A stretch of DNA of 64,000 nucleotides, from positions 13,020,001 through 13,084,000 of the forward strand of contig NC_047029.1 of assembly GCF_902652985.1 (NCBI RefSeq). The letters run 5' to 3'. This document shows positions 52,380-64,000 of the stretch, piece by piece. The position numbers and the translations under genes were made by a program. This DNA is from Pecten maximus. Taxonomy: Eukaryota. The stretch's first letter is position 1. Each line of letters opens with the position of its first letter. The notes beneath the pieces are model-generated. The model ran no database searches, was not told the origin of the DNA, and saw nothing but the letters and a program-made list of their open reading frames with translations.

Positions 52380-52453
52380 ATCACGTGCGCTTTTTTTTAT
52401 ATATAGGTCATTGCATTTAGTAACCTGACTCAGAGTGTCGCCAAGCGGTAAGA
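52380..52453 (+). promoter_or_regulatory. Putative MFS-paralog promoter and short non-coding exon (copy A)
   Basis: gatCACGTGcgc, TATA run, then donor g|gtaaga at 52448. Repeated at 56947 and 62881. Confidence 0.5.
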
Positions 52454-52881
52454 TACCAAATAACAATAGATGTTGTTACTTCATATACGTTCTCAGGTGT
52501 CGATATTTTTTATAATGATAATATAAAAGTCGTAGACAGTAATGACAGTAATAGGAATGTTGAGATAATGAGACATGCCATCGTAACTGTTTAAGATATT
52601 AACATCTGACATATGGCGTGATCATGCCTGATACCTCCTACCGTAGTCTAGTATACTTATCAGTAACAGGTAACTATGTCATATCGGTCTGTTATCAATT
52701 TTGTAGTTTAACCATATAATACTATACTGATTGTTCATCATGAAAAAAATCTACGATATTGGATTTTTGCAAGAAGACATCTTTGTGAGGTCAACTACAC
52801 CTGTTGCATCTCAATTTCACTGTATGTAAGAGGTAACCAAGAGTCCCACACAGGGATGTTACCGCTGAAATGTCAATGTCA

Positions 52882-53100
52882 TACAGTGGAACCTCTATAA
52901 ACCGAACATGCATGGGACATGGATATTTGTTCGGTTTAGAGAGGGTTCGGTTTGGAGAAGTACGTCGAAAAATGACCCGGTCGAATTCCGGATATAATTG
53001 GTCGGACGATGTTTTGTTAGAATGTACCGGATGACAAACCGGCACGTTCGTACGTAGACAATTAGGTTTGTCTGAATAATAAGAATATTATGAAAGTTAA
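52882..53100 (+). mobile_element. pogo/Tc1-mariner-type MITE left end
   Basis: TA followed by CAGTGGAACCTC...AACCGAAC terminus. Partner end not found. Confidence 0.55.
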
Positions 53101-53744
53101 TCAACGTATATATTGCAGATTACATAAGAAAGGCAAATGGCCATAACTGTAGTTTTAAACAGTATTTTTACATATACTACTGCACTACGATCGACCTACA
53201 TTTTGTTACATCCGGTGAAGCCTCGTCATGTGGATTGGGCCGATACGGAATATTTTACACATCGAATAATATGAAAGGGTGTGAAGATGTTTTGTTTCAA
53301 TATTACTTACAATTGATCAGTTGATACTGGTCGTATTTCCGACATCGGTATTGTCTAAAAAAAATCACGGGCTTCATTTACGAAAACAACCCCCTTTAGG
53401 CCTCATTTAAATTAGATGCGAAACTCGGGCTTCTAGCTCTACTTGCATTGAGAAGATAAACGAACTGCCGCGCTTCAATGAAGTGTGGCATTGTTTCATA
53501 ATTGTCGTGTTGATTATACACTAGGCCTACCGTCATAATGCCCCCTTGGGGTATATAGGATACCTGTACAAATCACCTACGTGTATGCGTAGGTCCCGAG
53601 ACGATTAGGCTTCACACATTACCCATCACAGGTGTTGTTTCACGGTTGGCTGGCCTGACCTCGTGTCATAATCGCTCATGTAAGGCCGGTTTTCAGAAGT
53701 ACATTGCTTAGGTCCATAGTAGTCGTTAATATGAATATTGTCAA

Positions 53745-53778
53745 ATGGACCCCATTTGGTCCCGCCTTTCAGGTCCCT

Positions 53779-53818
<40 letters not shown>

Positions 53819-53955
53819 ATCATTTGTATAAATTTGAATCCCAGCCACCTAGGGATGCTTCCTGCATAATTTGATCAATTCTGATCAGCGGTTAAGATGA
53901 ATGTCAATTGATGACAGACGGACGCCGGACGACGGACGACGGACGCCACGGTATG
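53745..53955 (+). mobile_element. Bivalve pearl/Helentron-like element fragment with (GACG)n-type tail
   Basis: ggaccccatttggtccc...poly-G...gacagacggacgccggacgacggacgacggacg. Confidence 0.55.
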
Positions 53956-55295
53956 CATACGCCTTTGCATCCAAAGCCAAACGGTTTAAGACCAACCTTA
54001 GAAATGTTGATTTCTCTACCAACCGTCATCTTCCAGGTATTAGGTATGGTCGACTTGGACAAGTAGAACTACAATGTAGACCAACACTGACATAGCCAAT
54101 CAGATTTTAGGACGAGAAAGCCATATTTGATTCAATAGCGTAGCGTTCTTGTCAGAAAATTAATCTGCAGTTGTAAGAGCATTTAGTATTTGTCATGGTC
54201 ATCAGGAAACATGGCGGCCATTATGAAAGTGGAAATGTCACTTTAGCTGGTTTATTATAGGTGTCAGTCCCTGTGTGAAAATGAAACCAAGTATAAACTT
54301 TTACATTATTTCAATGCAAAACAGAGTTCCTCCTATGCTCGTTTTCTTTTAGAAAATACATAGCAATATTGTTCATCAATTTTGTTTTTTTTGCACAAAA
54401 CTGCTTATTACTATTTTTGGGCAATTTATTTTTATACTGTTTGGAGTATTTACGAATGGACTACAATAAGAAGTTTTTTTATCTCCTGTATCTATTATAT
54501 TCATATTCAACGTTGTAACTTATTGCTTTGCATATATAATATGTAACATGTTATTATTAACATGTTTATTTTCCTCAAAATATTGATGATTGATATTATA
54601 ACATTTTCCCCAAAAATATACATTTATTTTTTATTTCATTTTTTTTTCACAAAAAAAAAGTGCTATAATCTTGCATATGTACATGTTTTGACTTACATGC
54701 CTATTTGTAAACGTTGGACTACGGAGGCTACAATACCACATACAAGCTGTCGTATTTGCTTCTTAGGCCATTTTGAAACCCCACATTTGTAGACATTTAT
54801 TCGTGTTTGCTATTAGAGTATTTGCTTTCCTCTTACGAATCATTCAATGGGGAAGCCCGGTACGATTCTTCTAACCACACTTTCTGCAGTGATAAATGTC
54901 AGTAAATAGCTCATACAGATTTGAAATACCAAATTGCCGCATGACTTCGTATCTCTGAAACGAAACAGGATCATTTATCAATCATTAATTATTGGTTGTC
55001 ACTGCTCCTACCTTGCGAGGTTTGTACTTTCGACAGATATACGGGATATCAGGATTGGTTTTGGACATTGATAAAGTAATAGTGTTGCAATAACATTCAA
55101 AAGAGGAGAATCTAATTTTGCTCCAGGTGCGGCCCGATAATCATTCCAATGAATGTCTAATGAACATAAATTTTTGAAAGAAGAAATGCATTAATTTTAT
55201 CACCATTTGCTGAGCGCATGTATCATTCTTTCATGTTACTGAATAAATGTATAAATATGGAACTATAACTATTTGAGTCATATGAACACACTATT

Positions 55296-55454
55296 GAGAA
55301 GGAGATACAATATGGTGTCCGATCATCCGACCTTGACACAGTTCTATGCAGGGAGCTGATAACTATAACAAATCAAAAGCTACATTCTGTTAAGAAATCT
55401 TGAACTATAAAACCACCAAGTTACAGATTTATTTCCGCTGTTCATATAATTATG
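55296..55454 (+). pseudogene. Relic of MFS coding exon 1 (no ATG, indels, no downstream exons)
   Basis: Near-identical to 59337-59510 (gagaagga.atacaatatggtgtcc.atcatccgaccttgacac...). Flanking sequence is also paralogous. Confidence 0.85.
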
Positions 55455-55906
55455 GTATGTTATATGACAGATTGATTGGCCACTCTTTAAAGTATAATTA
55501 TTTTTGTTGATTTTGTCGTGGTAGAGATATAGAGTTGAAGAATGACGAAGTCGTTGATTGTTGGTTCCTCTGTTCATTAGTGTAGGTGAAGGTATATGTT
55601 GTATCCGTGCGATTTACGGGTAGGAGTGACAACGATATGAGCTAAATGGGATTCTTTTATACTATTTTTGATGTGCATCGGCCGGACAGATATATTTCCT
55701 CCGACTTAATGTGGTCATGTGGTTCGTGACCTGAAGTCTACATGTAAATACCCCATTAATTAGAAATACACGAAGATAATTGAATACAACCAGTCTGACA
55801 TGAACATGGTTTAGAAAACATCCAAGATGTTTAGAAAACCGAGGTTTATCTAATCACTGACAAATTAGCTAACATATGTACATGTAGATATGACGATTTA
55901 CAGGCT

Positions 55907-56078
55907 CTAGCCCTCCACCTCTTGGTTGCGAGTTCGAAACCTTCGTGGGACAGTTGCCAGGTACTGACTGTAGGCCGGTGGTTTTTCTCCGGGTACTTCG
56001 GCTTTCCTCCACCTCCAAAACCTGGCACGTCCTTAAATGGCCCTGGCTGTTGATAGGAAGACAAACCAAATAAACAAA
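55907..56078 (+). mobile_element. 5'-truncated copy of the SINE at 42646
   Basis: High identity to 42690-42850, including the B-box and central domain. Confidence 0.85.
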
Positions 56079-56946
56079 ACACTCTTTTAGATTATACTCT
56101 TGTATCACGTTAAATTTACTCATGGGTACTGAGTGCTCAAAGTGGAAAAACGACAAAGTTAATAAGTAAGACTTATTTTCCGTTCATATCGAACATGTTA
56201 ATAGGACTTTAAACAAAACAAACCAAACTTTAAGGTTCTATGTATAAGTAGACAAACTACTAATGAACATATTACAGTATATATTGAACTTAGAACACCC
56301 TGTCAATCAAATGTTATTTCACAAATAAATGTTAAACAGCAAACAATCTTAAGGTGGGCCGTTAACCTATTGCAAAATCGCTTAATTGGCTTACCTATTT
56401 ACTTAAACAAATATAAATCTCGACCAAATGAAATGATATAATGACTTGAAATCAAATTGTGCAAAACCTAAAAATTACTTTTCTACCATGTCAAACATGT
56501 CCAATGCACAATTTCCAATAATCATGAATATTTGACCAGTATTGTTGAGTAACGATATATGTTTTTTATTTTGTTTGTTTGTTAAAAAAAACTGTATTAA
56601 CTTACACTTGATTTTTAGCTGTATGCAGTAGAGACAGCTCACAAATATGCATTCTGTAGAATAATATATCCTTTAAGATCTACTTAATGTTGAGATGATG
56701 TTCATAAACACGTACATGTAATACATTTATGCATAAACAATAAAGTTATCATTATAATAAAACTTATACGTGATTATCATGGTCTTTTTTCATTTATCAG
56801 TTAAAATATGAAGATATATTATATATAATGAAATGATGGATTTCAAAAGAATGTTCAAGTGAATGTTCTGAGCCGTGTCAATATTCAAATGAATTATAAC
56901 GTGACGAGAAATGAGATAGACCCAATATTCAGATTCAGAATGTATG

Positions 56947-57014
56947 ATCACGTGCGCTTTATATATGTCATTGCATTTAGTTACCTGACACAGAGTGTCT
57001 CCAAGAAGGTAAGA
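56947..57014 (+). promoter_or_regulatory. Putative promoter and non-coding exon of the MFS gene at 59334 (copy B)
   Basis: CACGTG at 56949, TATA, donor aag|gtaaga at 57009. Matching acceptor acag at 59324 before the ATG. Confidence 0.55.
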
Positions 57015-58764
57015 TACAAGATTACAATGGATGTTGTTATTACATATACGTGCTCAGGTGTCGATATATTTTATAAAACATTTCTGTATATTTTTATTGG
57101 ATGTAAGTACATAACTGTAAGTAGTTAAATATTGCAATAACGCTAAGTAAACGCCCATTAAATTCAAGAATAGTCAACAACAATATCATATAAAGTCTAT
57201 CAATTATTGACACGATATAGAAAAAAATATTGACATAAATGCTTGACACCTGTAGGCCCAGGCCTTAAAAGAGAAGGATGATAACTGTTTTTGCAGGCTT
57301 ACCAGATATTACAATAGATATTGTTTTTACGTATATGTGCTCATGTGTCGAAATAAAACATTTCTTTTATTTTTTATTGGGTGGAGGTTCATATAGCATG
57401 CATGTGAATATAGTAAGGTGTGTCAAATTAAACCTCATAACTCCATAATGTAATATCTCAGAAACATGGTGACATAAATGATTGACTCCTGTAGGCCCAG
57501 GTCTGAACAGAAAAACATGATAGCTATATTTCCACAGGTTTTCCATTCTAAATTTTATATCACATCTTGATTATAATTGTGATGAAGACAAAACCATATC
57601 TGTTCGGATATATATCAGGAAACATTACTGGAACCTACATATATAATTTAAGTATTTATAACGTTATTTGATGTGTCGTGGACATTCTGGGAAATGTCAT
57701 ATTCTCAAAGCGAGAACTGGAGTAGTGGAAATCTTCCATGTTCTCCCTCAAACTTTGATATTGTATCAATGATGAAATATACACACCAAAGGTTTAGGTT
57801 CGTAAAATGGAAGATTACCAATAGGAGAATAGGTTATCATTATTATCGTACAGCTTTGTTGTATGTTATCAGCTGGTTACTGTTTAAATGAAGATTGTGA
57901 TAAACGGTTGATAATATATAGATAACAGACATTAATAAGAATATTAATATAATGAGACAGGCCATCTTGACTGTTTAGGATATTTAAATCCGACACATGG
58001 CGTGATTATCTTGATACCTCCTATCGCAGTCTAGTATACTGATCGGTAACTGGTCAATTTGTCATATCGGTCTGTTATCAATGTGGTGGTAATACCGTAT
58101 GATGCTAAGTTTATTGTTCTTTAGAAAAAAATCTTGGATATGTGCATGAAGACATCTTTGCGAGGCCAACTACACCTGTTGTATCTCAATCTAATTGTAT
58201 GTAAGAGGCAACTAAACCTACCTTACGTTTTGGTATTGAAAGTTGTCAATATCATGGGAGTCTTTTACACAATTATTTTGACTGAAAATATGTCTATCAG
58301 AAACGGCAATCACATTTGGATTGTTTAGTTTATAATGACACTAAAACTGACAGTGCCGAATGAACATGAGTTTGAAAAATACTATAACCACACCATCTAA
58401 ATATTGAGTAGACTCGGATACAATAAGGAGAAAACTTGATAGTACATTTGATGCTAATGATGTTTATATCACATCAAATCGTTAACATATAACATAGAAC
58501 ACCAAACAAAACTGTTTGTAAAAAGAACCATCTTTCGAAATGTCCATACTTAAGAAGGTTTTAGGAATGCTGTTTACCAAGTTAGAATACACTTAGTTAC
58601 ATGGTTGTCATTATTTATTTGTTTATCATTATTGATATACTGAAATGAAAAAGAAATGATCCAGTTAAAAACGGAAATTAAAGGATGCTATATATTTTAA
58701 CTAATGGTGTAATTATAAGATAGGAAGCCACTCCGTCATAGTCGTCTGTGAAAGTTCAATCAAT

Positions 58765-59140
58765 GTACTTTAAGTACCCTCATCAAATTTCAGGTTAATC
58801 CAAGGGTACCCCCTTTTAAAATGAATTGCGTTCTTGTCCAATCGATATCATGTATGCTCCCATGAGCTGCAGTGGCTGCGCGTACTTTTTCGTGTATTGA
58901 TTTGATCAGGGTATTCACCCTCTTATTTGGTATACGGTTCAATTCTTCTTCAAGCGCAAACGCCACCTGAGCAACGTTGATTGGACTGTTTGGCCCAGGT
59001 CTGATCATTTTGTCCAGCTGGTCCTATCGGGGACAGGTCAAGGCTGTATAGAACAGGATTGCTATGAGATGATCACGACAATATCTCGCTCCAGTAATTT
59101 ATGGGTTGAGATATGCACACCGACGATTACGCAGTCTTTC
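58765..59140 (-). mobile_element. Tc1/mariner transposase C-terminal remnant
   Basis: Minus-strand YSLDLSPI (degenerate SPDLSPI motif), followed by AL.EE.NRIP...VNTLIKS...VRA...AHG. Confidence 0.75.
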
Positions 59141-59333
59141 TGGATCTATTAGAAAATTATGATGCCCTGTTGTGTTCCGTGCCAATAATGTCTTAAGGAC
59201 ATGATATTTTGAAAGAAAGAAATATCATTACATTTATAAACATTTGGTTAACGCATGTTTCATTCTAATATGTTTCTAGAGAAATGTAATGAATATATAA
59301 CTATATCACATTTTTAAATTACAGGATTGCACG

Positions 59334-61651
59334 ATGGAGAAGGAAATACAATATGGTGTCCCATCATCCGACCTTGACACGGTTCCTATGCAGGGAGATG
59401 ATAACTATAACAAATCAAAAGCAACATTCTGTAACGAAGTCCGGAACAATAAAACCATCCAGTTACAGGTTGCACGAAGCGTGTGCGTTTCTACTGCTTA
59501 TATGATTATGGTGAGTATGTTCTATGACAGATTGGTTGATAACTGTCAAACTAAGATCAACCTGTCAATCTAGTGTTATTTCACGAATAAATGTTCGAGT
59601 AAACAGTTTGAAGTTGTTTCTTTATCCAATTACTTCATCGCTGCACCGGTCTACGTATTTATTTAAAGAAATAGTTTAGTCCCGATTAAATGAAAATGAA
59701 ATAGTCAAATGTATAGACATTATGATATCTGTTGAAAGTAATTTTTAGATGTGAGTTCTGCTCTAAAGTATAGAAAGCGTACGTAGGATGGCTTTTTATT
59801 CACTGGATGGCATGATCTTTAATGAATAAAAGCTCAGTTGAAGACATTCGAAAATGATATCAAAAAGATTAAAACTTGTTACATCATGTTTTTGACATTT
59901 GAACAATTTAATCTGTAACATATTTACGTGAGTGATTATTCTGTGATGGTTATAAATGTCAAAATTTTGGAACAAATCAATTAAATACAAAAAAAAAGTA
60001 AGTATACGTATAACACATTAAAACGAAATTTCTAGAATGTGAATGTGTTTACAAATAATGATTTACCATGCGGATAAGTAAAATATGTCTTCGTTAATGA
60101 ACATTGACATCTTATTCATGCAGGGCTGGACTAAAGGCCAGATCGGACCCGCCTTCCCTGATATCATGATGATCGCCGGAGCAGATCTTGAAAAGGGATC
60201 TGCTTTAATGACTTCATTCTACACAGGTCAATTATTCGGCTCCGTTATGGCGGGATTCATTTACTCAAAAATGAACAAATACCTTTTATTTGGTTTTGCC
60301 TTGGTACTGTACAGCCTAACAGTTGTAGTCACTCCCTGGTGTTTTCTCTACGAACTGATGATAGCTGCATTTACATTTCTTGGTGTTTGCGGTGGGATTG
60401 TTTGTGTTGGTAAGTTATCGTATTCTCTTCCGACATATCAATTCACCTTTCACAGTTCAAAATATCTAACGCTGATCATGTCAAATCGTGTTTGTACATT
60501 GTACCAGAGTTATTAGCTAGGTCATGTTCTGTTTATAGTCTGTTAATGTTCTGAAGTTAGTGTATCGTAGGGAGATATGATAGGAAAAAGCTAGTTATTT
60601 GGCAATATAATGAATATAAAGTATATAATCACTTTGCTATTTTAGGAATAAGTGCCGAATCTGTAGCCATATGGGGGCCAACACCACGGGGACGGTCATA
60701 TATCATGGCAAACAGTGCTGCCTATGCCATAGCCAGTGTACTGTCACCCTTGGTGACGGCGCCATTTCTTCATAAGCAGTCCGTCTATACACCCTTCAAT
60801 ACGAACAACACAACATGGAATATAACATATATTACACCAACATGGAATAACGGTACTAACCAGTCCCGCCTGAATAGCAAGGAACTAACCATTGACAATT
60901 CATCATTGATAAATCGAAGGTGATTCAAAGCTATATATAGCATATGCAATATCAGCGGTATTAAGTTTGTTGACGGCTGTGCTCTTCTTCATGCTATTTT
61001 GTCAATCAGGAAGAGATAACGTGAAGAAACAAAACAGTAGTAAATTGGAATTCATTGGGAACCGATCGATATTGATCAAGAGACTTCAATTGTTCAACAT
61101 TGGTGTTTTCAGTGTGGGACAAAACGCAATTGATTTTACATTCACTGGATATCTTGCTACATTTTGTATCAACTATCTAGGCTGGACAAAGACATTAGGG
61201 GCTACAGTGACCTCTGTTGCATTTTTCACCAGACTTCTAGGAACGATGAGCGGGGTATTTCTTGTGAGATTTTTTAAGTCACATCAAATTCTTTTATCAT
61301 CAACAATACTATCTACGACAGGTTTTATCGGTCTTATTGTCAGTGCGAACGTATATTTTGATGTCGGCGTGTGGATATCAGTTTGCGTAATCGGTATACC
61401 GTTCGGTCTCATGTGGCCAAATCTGCTTAGTTGGATCAATGAAAACCTTATCCCCTGTCCATAGCGAAATGGCAAGCTTTCTGAATGTGACTGCCTATCT
61501 AGGAGCCTTACTGGCACCACTTCTACTTGGCTACATGATGGAAGAGGTTTCTCTTCTTTGGTTTTGTTACCTCTTTTGCTTCAAATCCGCTGTAATTGCT
61601 GGGAATTCTATTTTGATGTTTTTATATACAGCGCCTATGAACATGAAATAA
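59334..61651 (+). pseudogene. MFSD4-like transporter paralog with two +1 frameshifts in exon 3. Exons: 59334-59510, 60124-60409, 60646-61651
   Basis: Same exon structure as the 43644-47460 gene (exon 2 is 286 nt in both). The frame shifts before DSKLYIAYAIS (stop 60921-60923) and again at the CCCC run 61452-61455. Confidence 0.8.
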
Positions 61652-62880
61652 TAAAACACGTACAACCAGTTTCCTCTGAATGCATCTGTACATGTCCATC
61701 TTAAAGAGTAACTCCATAATAGGGAGTCTAAACACCTTCTTAAACGATGTATTTGTTTGACCATAGATATGTGTATCTCGACAAATATTTGGATATTAAT
61801 TACGTCTTTTTTCAAAAGTACTAAATAGGCATCAATAATAGTCATTATTCATTACACCAAATCACAACTATGCGACAACAAAACAAAAATACAAAAATAT
61901 AATATTCAATTTTTGAACACTTGAAATTCAGTATTCAGCTGTAATCTTCGACTTCGCAGTGCCATCTATGAATATTCGGTAGGATCATTTAAGCAAGTGT
62001 TCTATTGATGAAACACACAAACATAATAATTGACCTATGATATTTCATTACCTTAAATTATATAATTTACAGATAAACTACGGAAGACATTAGTCTTTCA
62101 TCTAAAAACATATTACGATTTCCTTCACTACGAACTATACTTTGTCGCATAGCCATTCGTCTCACAAAATCTAGTTGCTCTATTTGGAGAATTTGAACTC
62201 AGTATTTTTGTAGGTAAGAAGTTCTCTTGTGTTAATCTTAAACTAAAGAAAAGACACGCGCGTAAGCTTGTGTCCTTTACTTTAAAAATAACTGACTCAA
62301 GTTAGATAAACATGATAAACAACTTTTACCTGTCTGGTAACATTTCTATATGTTCCAATTATGTTTGAAAAAAGTGTTTGGGTTATCATCAAACCACTTT
62401 ACTATTTGTTAAGTCGAAATGCAATAAAACTGCTTGATAAAGACAATTGTTAATATCGATGTAGTAAACAATATTATTTTTAGGATTGTGCACAAGTCAT
62501 AATTGCCTTTCTAAACAAAGTTTTGAATGAACTAAGCAATGTTTAGTTTAATTTAACATTCTAGGACTCGTCAGTGATGCTCAAAACTAAACGTCATCAG
62601 AGGAATACAATAAGTCCTACCATGGTATGGTAAAAACACTGTATAAAGTTTGTGAGCGAAAATTAAAGCTAGAATACTTAAGAATGAACATACAACCGTT
62701 TTGTTATTCTAGGAATCAACAGTGATGATAAGGAAGGCGACCGAAACCGCGAAATCGACAACAGGAAATGCCAAAATCTAGAGTGGGCAAAGCTAAAAAA
62801 TATAATACAATTTTGAGTTCAAAAGAATTACAGGGGTATATTCTGAGCCGTGTCACTATGCAGATTTATATGAATGCATG

Positions 62881-62951
62881 ATCACGTGCGCTTTTTTATA
62901 TATATGAATGAATTTAGCTACCTGACACAGAATGTCACTAAGAAGGTAAGA
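62881..62951 (+). promoter_or_regulatory. Putative promoter and non-coding exon of a further MFS paralog (copy C)
   Basis: CACGTG at 62883, TATA, donor aag|gtaaga at 62946. 62840-64000 is colinear with 56870-58130. Confidence 0.5.
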
Positions 62952-64000
62952 ACCCAGATAATGACACATATTTTTATTTCAGAAACGTTCTCAGGTGTCG
63001 ATAATTTGTAGATAACATTTCTATATATTCTTATTGGGTTTATGTACATGTAACTGTATGGTCATATAGACTATAATAACAGTAAATTAAAAAACACATT
63101 TAATTCAAGAATAGTCATCATCAATATCATATAGAATAATGATGTGTTTAAGAAAAAAATATTGACATCAATGCTGTAGGCCCAGATCTGAAAAGAAAAG
63201 GATGATAACCACATTTGCACAGGTTGTTCATTCTAATTTTGATACTGAAACTATATTATACTGTTATCATAATTGTGATTAAGATCTTATCTATTAAAAT
63301 ATATAAGAGAAAACTTTACTGAAACTGATAGATCTACTTAAAGTACTAATACACTTTCTATAATTCCGGTTCGTTCCGGAGTTGTATGTAGAAGACTGAT
63401 ATAGTTATTGTCACATGCTAAATGACTTTTATATAACATTTGTTGAAATTAAAAAAAAAAACAACCTTTTAGTACAACACTTATCGCGTCATATTAACCG
63501 GGAAAAGTCATGTTCTCAATGTGGGAATCGGAGTGGTGAAAACGGTGTTTACTTGTCCATAGTCTCCTTCAAACCTTTCATATCGTATCAATGATGAAAA
63601 GTTTACACCATAGGGTCAAGTTAACTATCTAGACATTAAAGATTACCAATAGGAACATCAAGGTTATCATTATTATCATACATCTTTGTTGTAGGTTGCC
63701 TCTGGTAAATTTTTAAATGAAGACTGAGGTAAGCGACTGATAAAATACAGGTCGCAGACAGTAATAAGAATAATGAGATATTGAGACAGGTCATCATAAC
63801 TGTTAAGGATATCAAAATCTGACGTATGACATGATTATCCTGATAACTCCTATCTCAATCTAACGCACTGATTGGTAACAGGTAACTATATGTCATATCG
63901 GTCTGTTATCAATTGTGTGGTTATACTGTATAATAATAAACTGATTGTTAACACTTTATGAAACAAATCTTAAGCACTTATGTTATCGCATCATATTGAC

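Overview
AT-rich animal genomic DNA, most likely a bivalve mollusc such as a scallop (inferred from gene and repeat content). Genes: (1) a single-coding-exon cGAS-like receptor (Mab-21 nucleotidyltransferase plus C-terminal TPR); (2) a secreted PAN/apple plus fibrinogen-related (FReD) gene broken by one in-frame TGA; (3) a 16-exon, ~871-aa gene assembled by hand from splice sites, with an unassigned helical N-terminus followed by ZU5-ZU5-UPA-death domain (DTHD1/PIDD-like); (4) a secreted 8-Cys peptide spaced like nemertean neurotoxin B-IV; (5) an expanding MFSD4-like transporter cluster (one intact gene, one frameshifted gene, one exon relic, and the promoter of a probable next copy). The most striking signal is a degenerate Crypton-type tyrosine-recombinase element plus four mostly sequence-unrelated short elements with the same layout. 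Each has a long terminal hairpin with strand-specific features that are stable in folded DNA (tandem G.A pairs, GNA/GNNA loops, a shared bulge). In the four complete elements, an internal site is the reverse complement of the joined ends. This suggests transposition via a folded single-stranded DNA circle, analogous to integron attC or CTX-phage attP. SINEs, Tc1/pogo relics and mini- and microsatellites are also present. All coordinates were read by eye and no searches were run.
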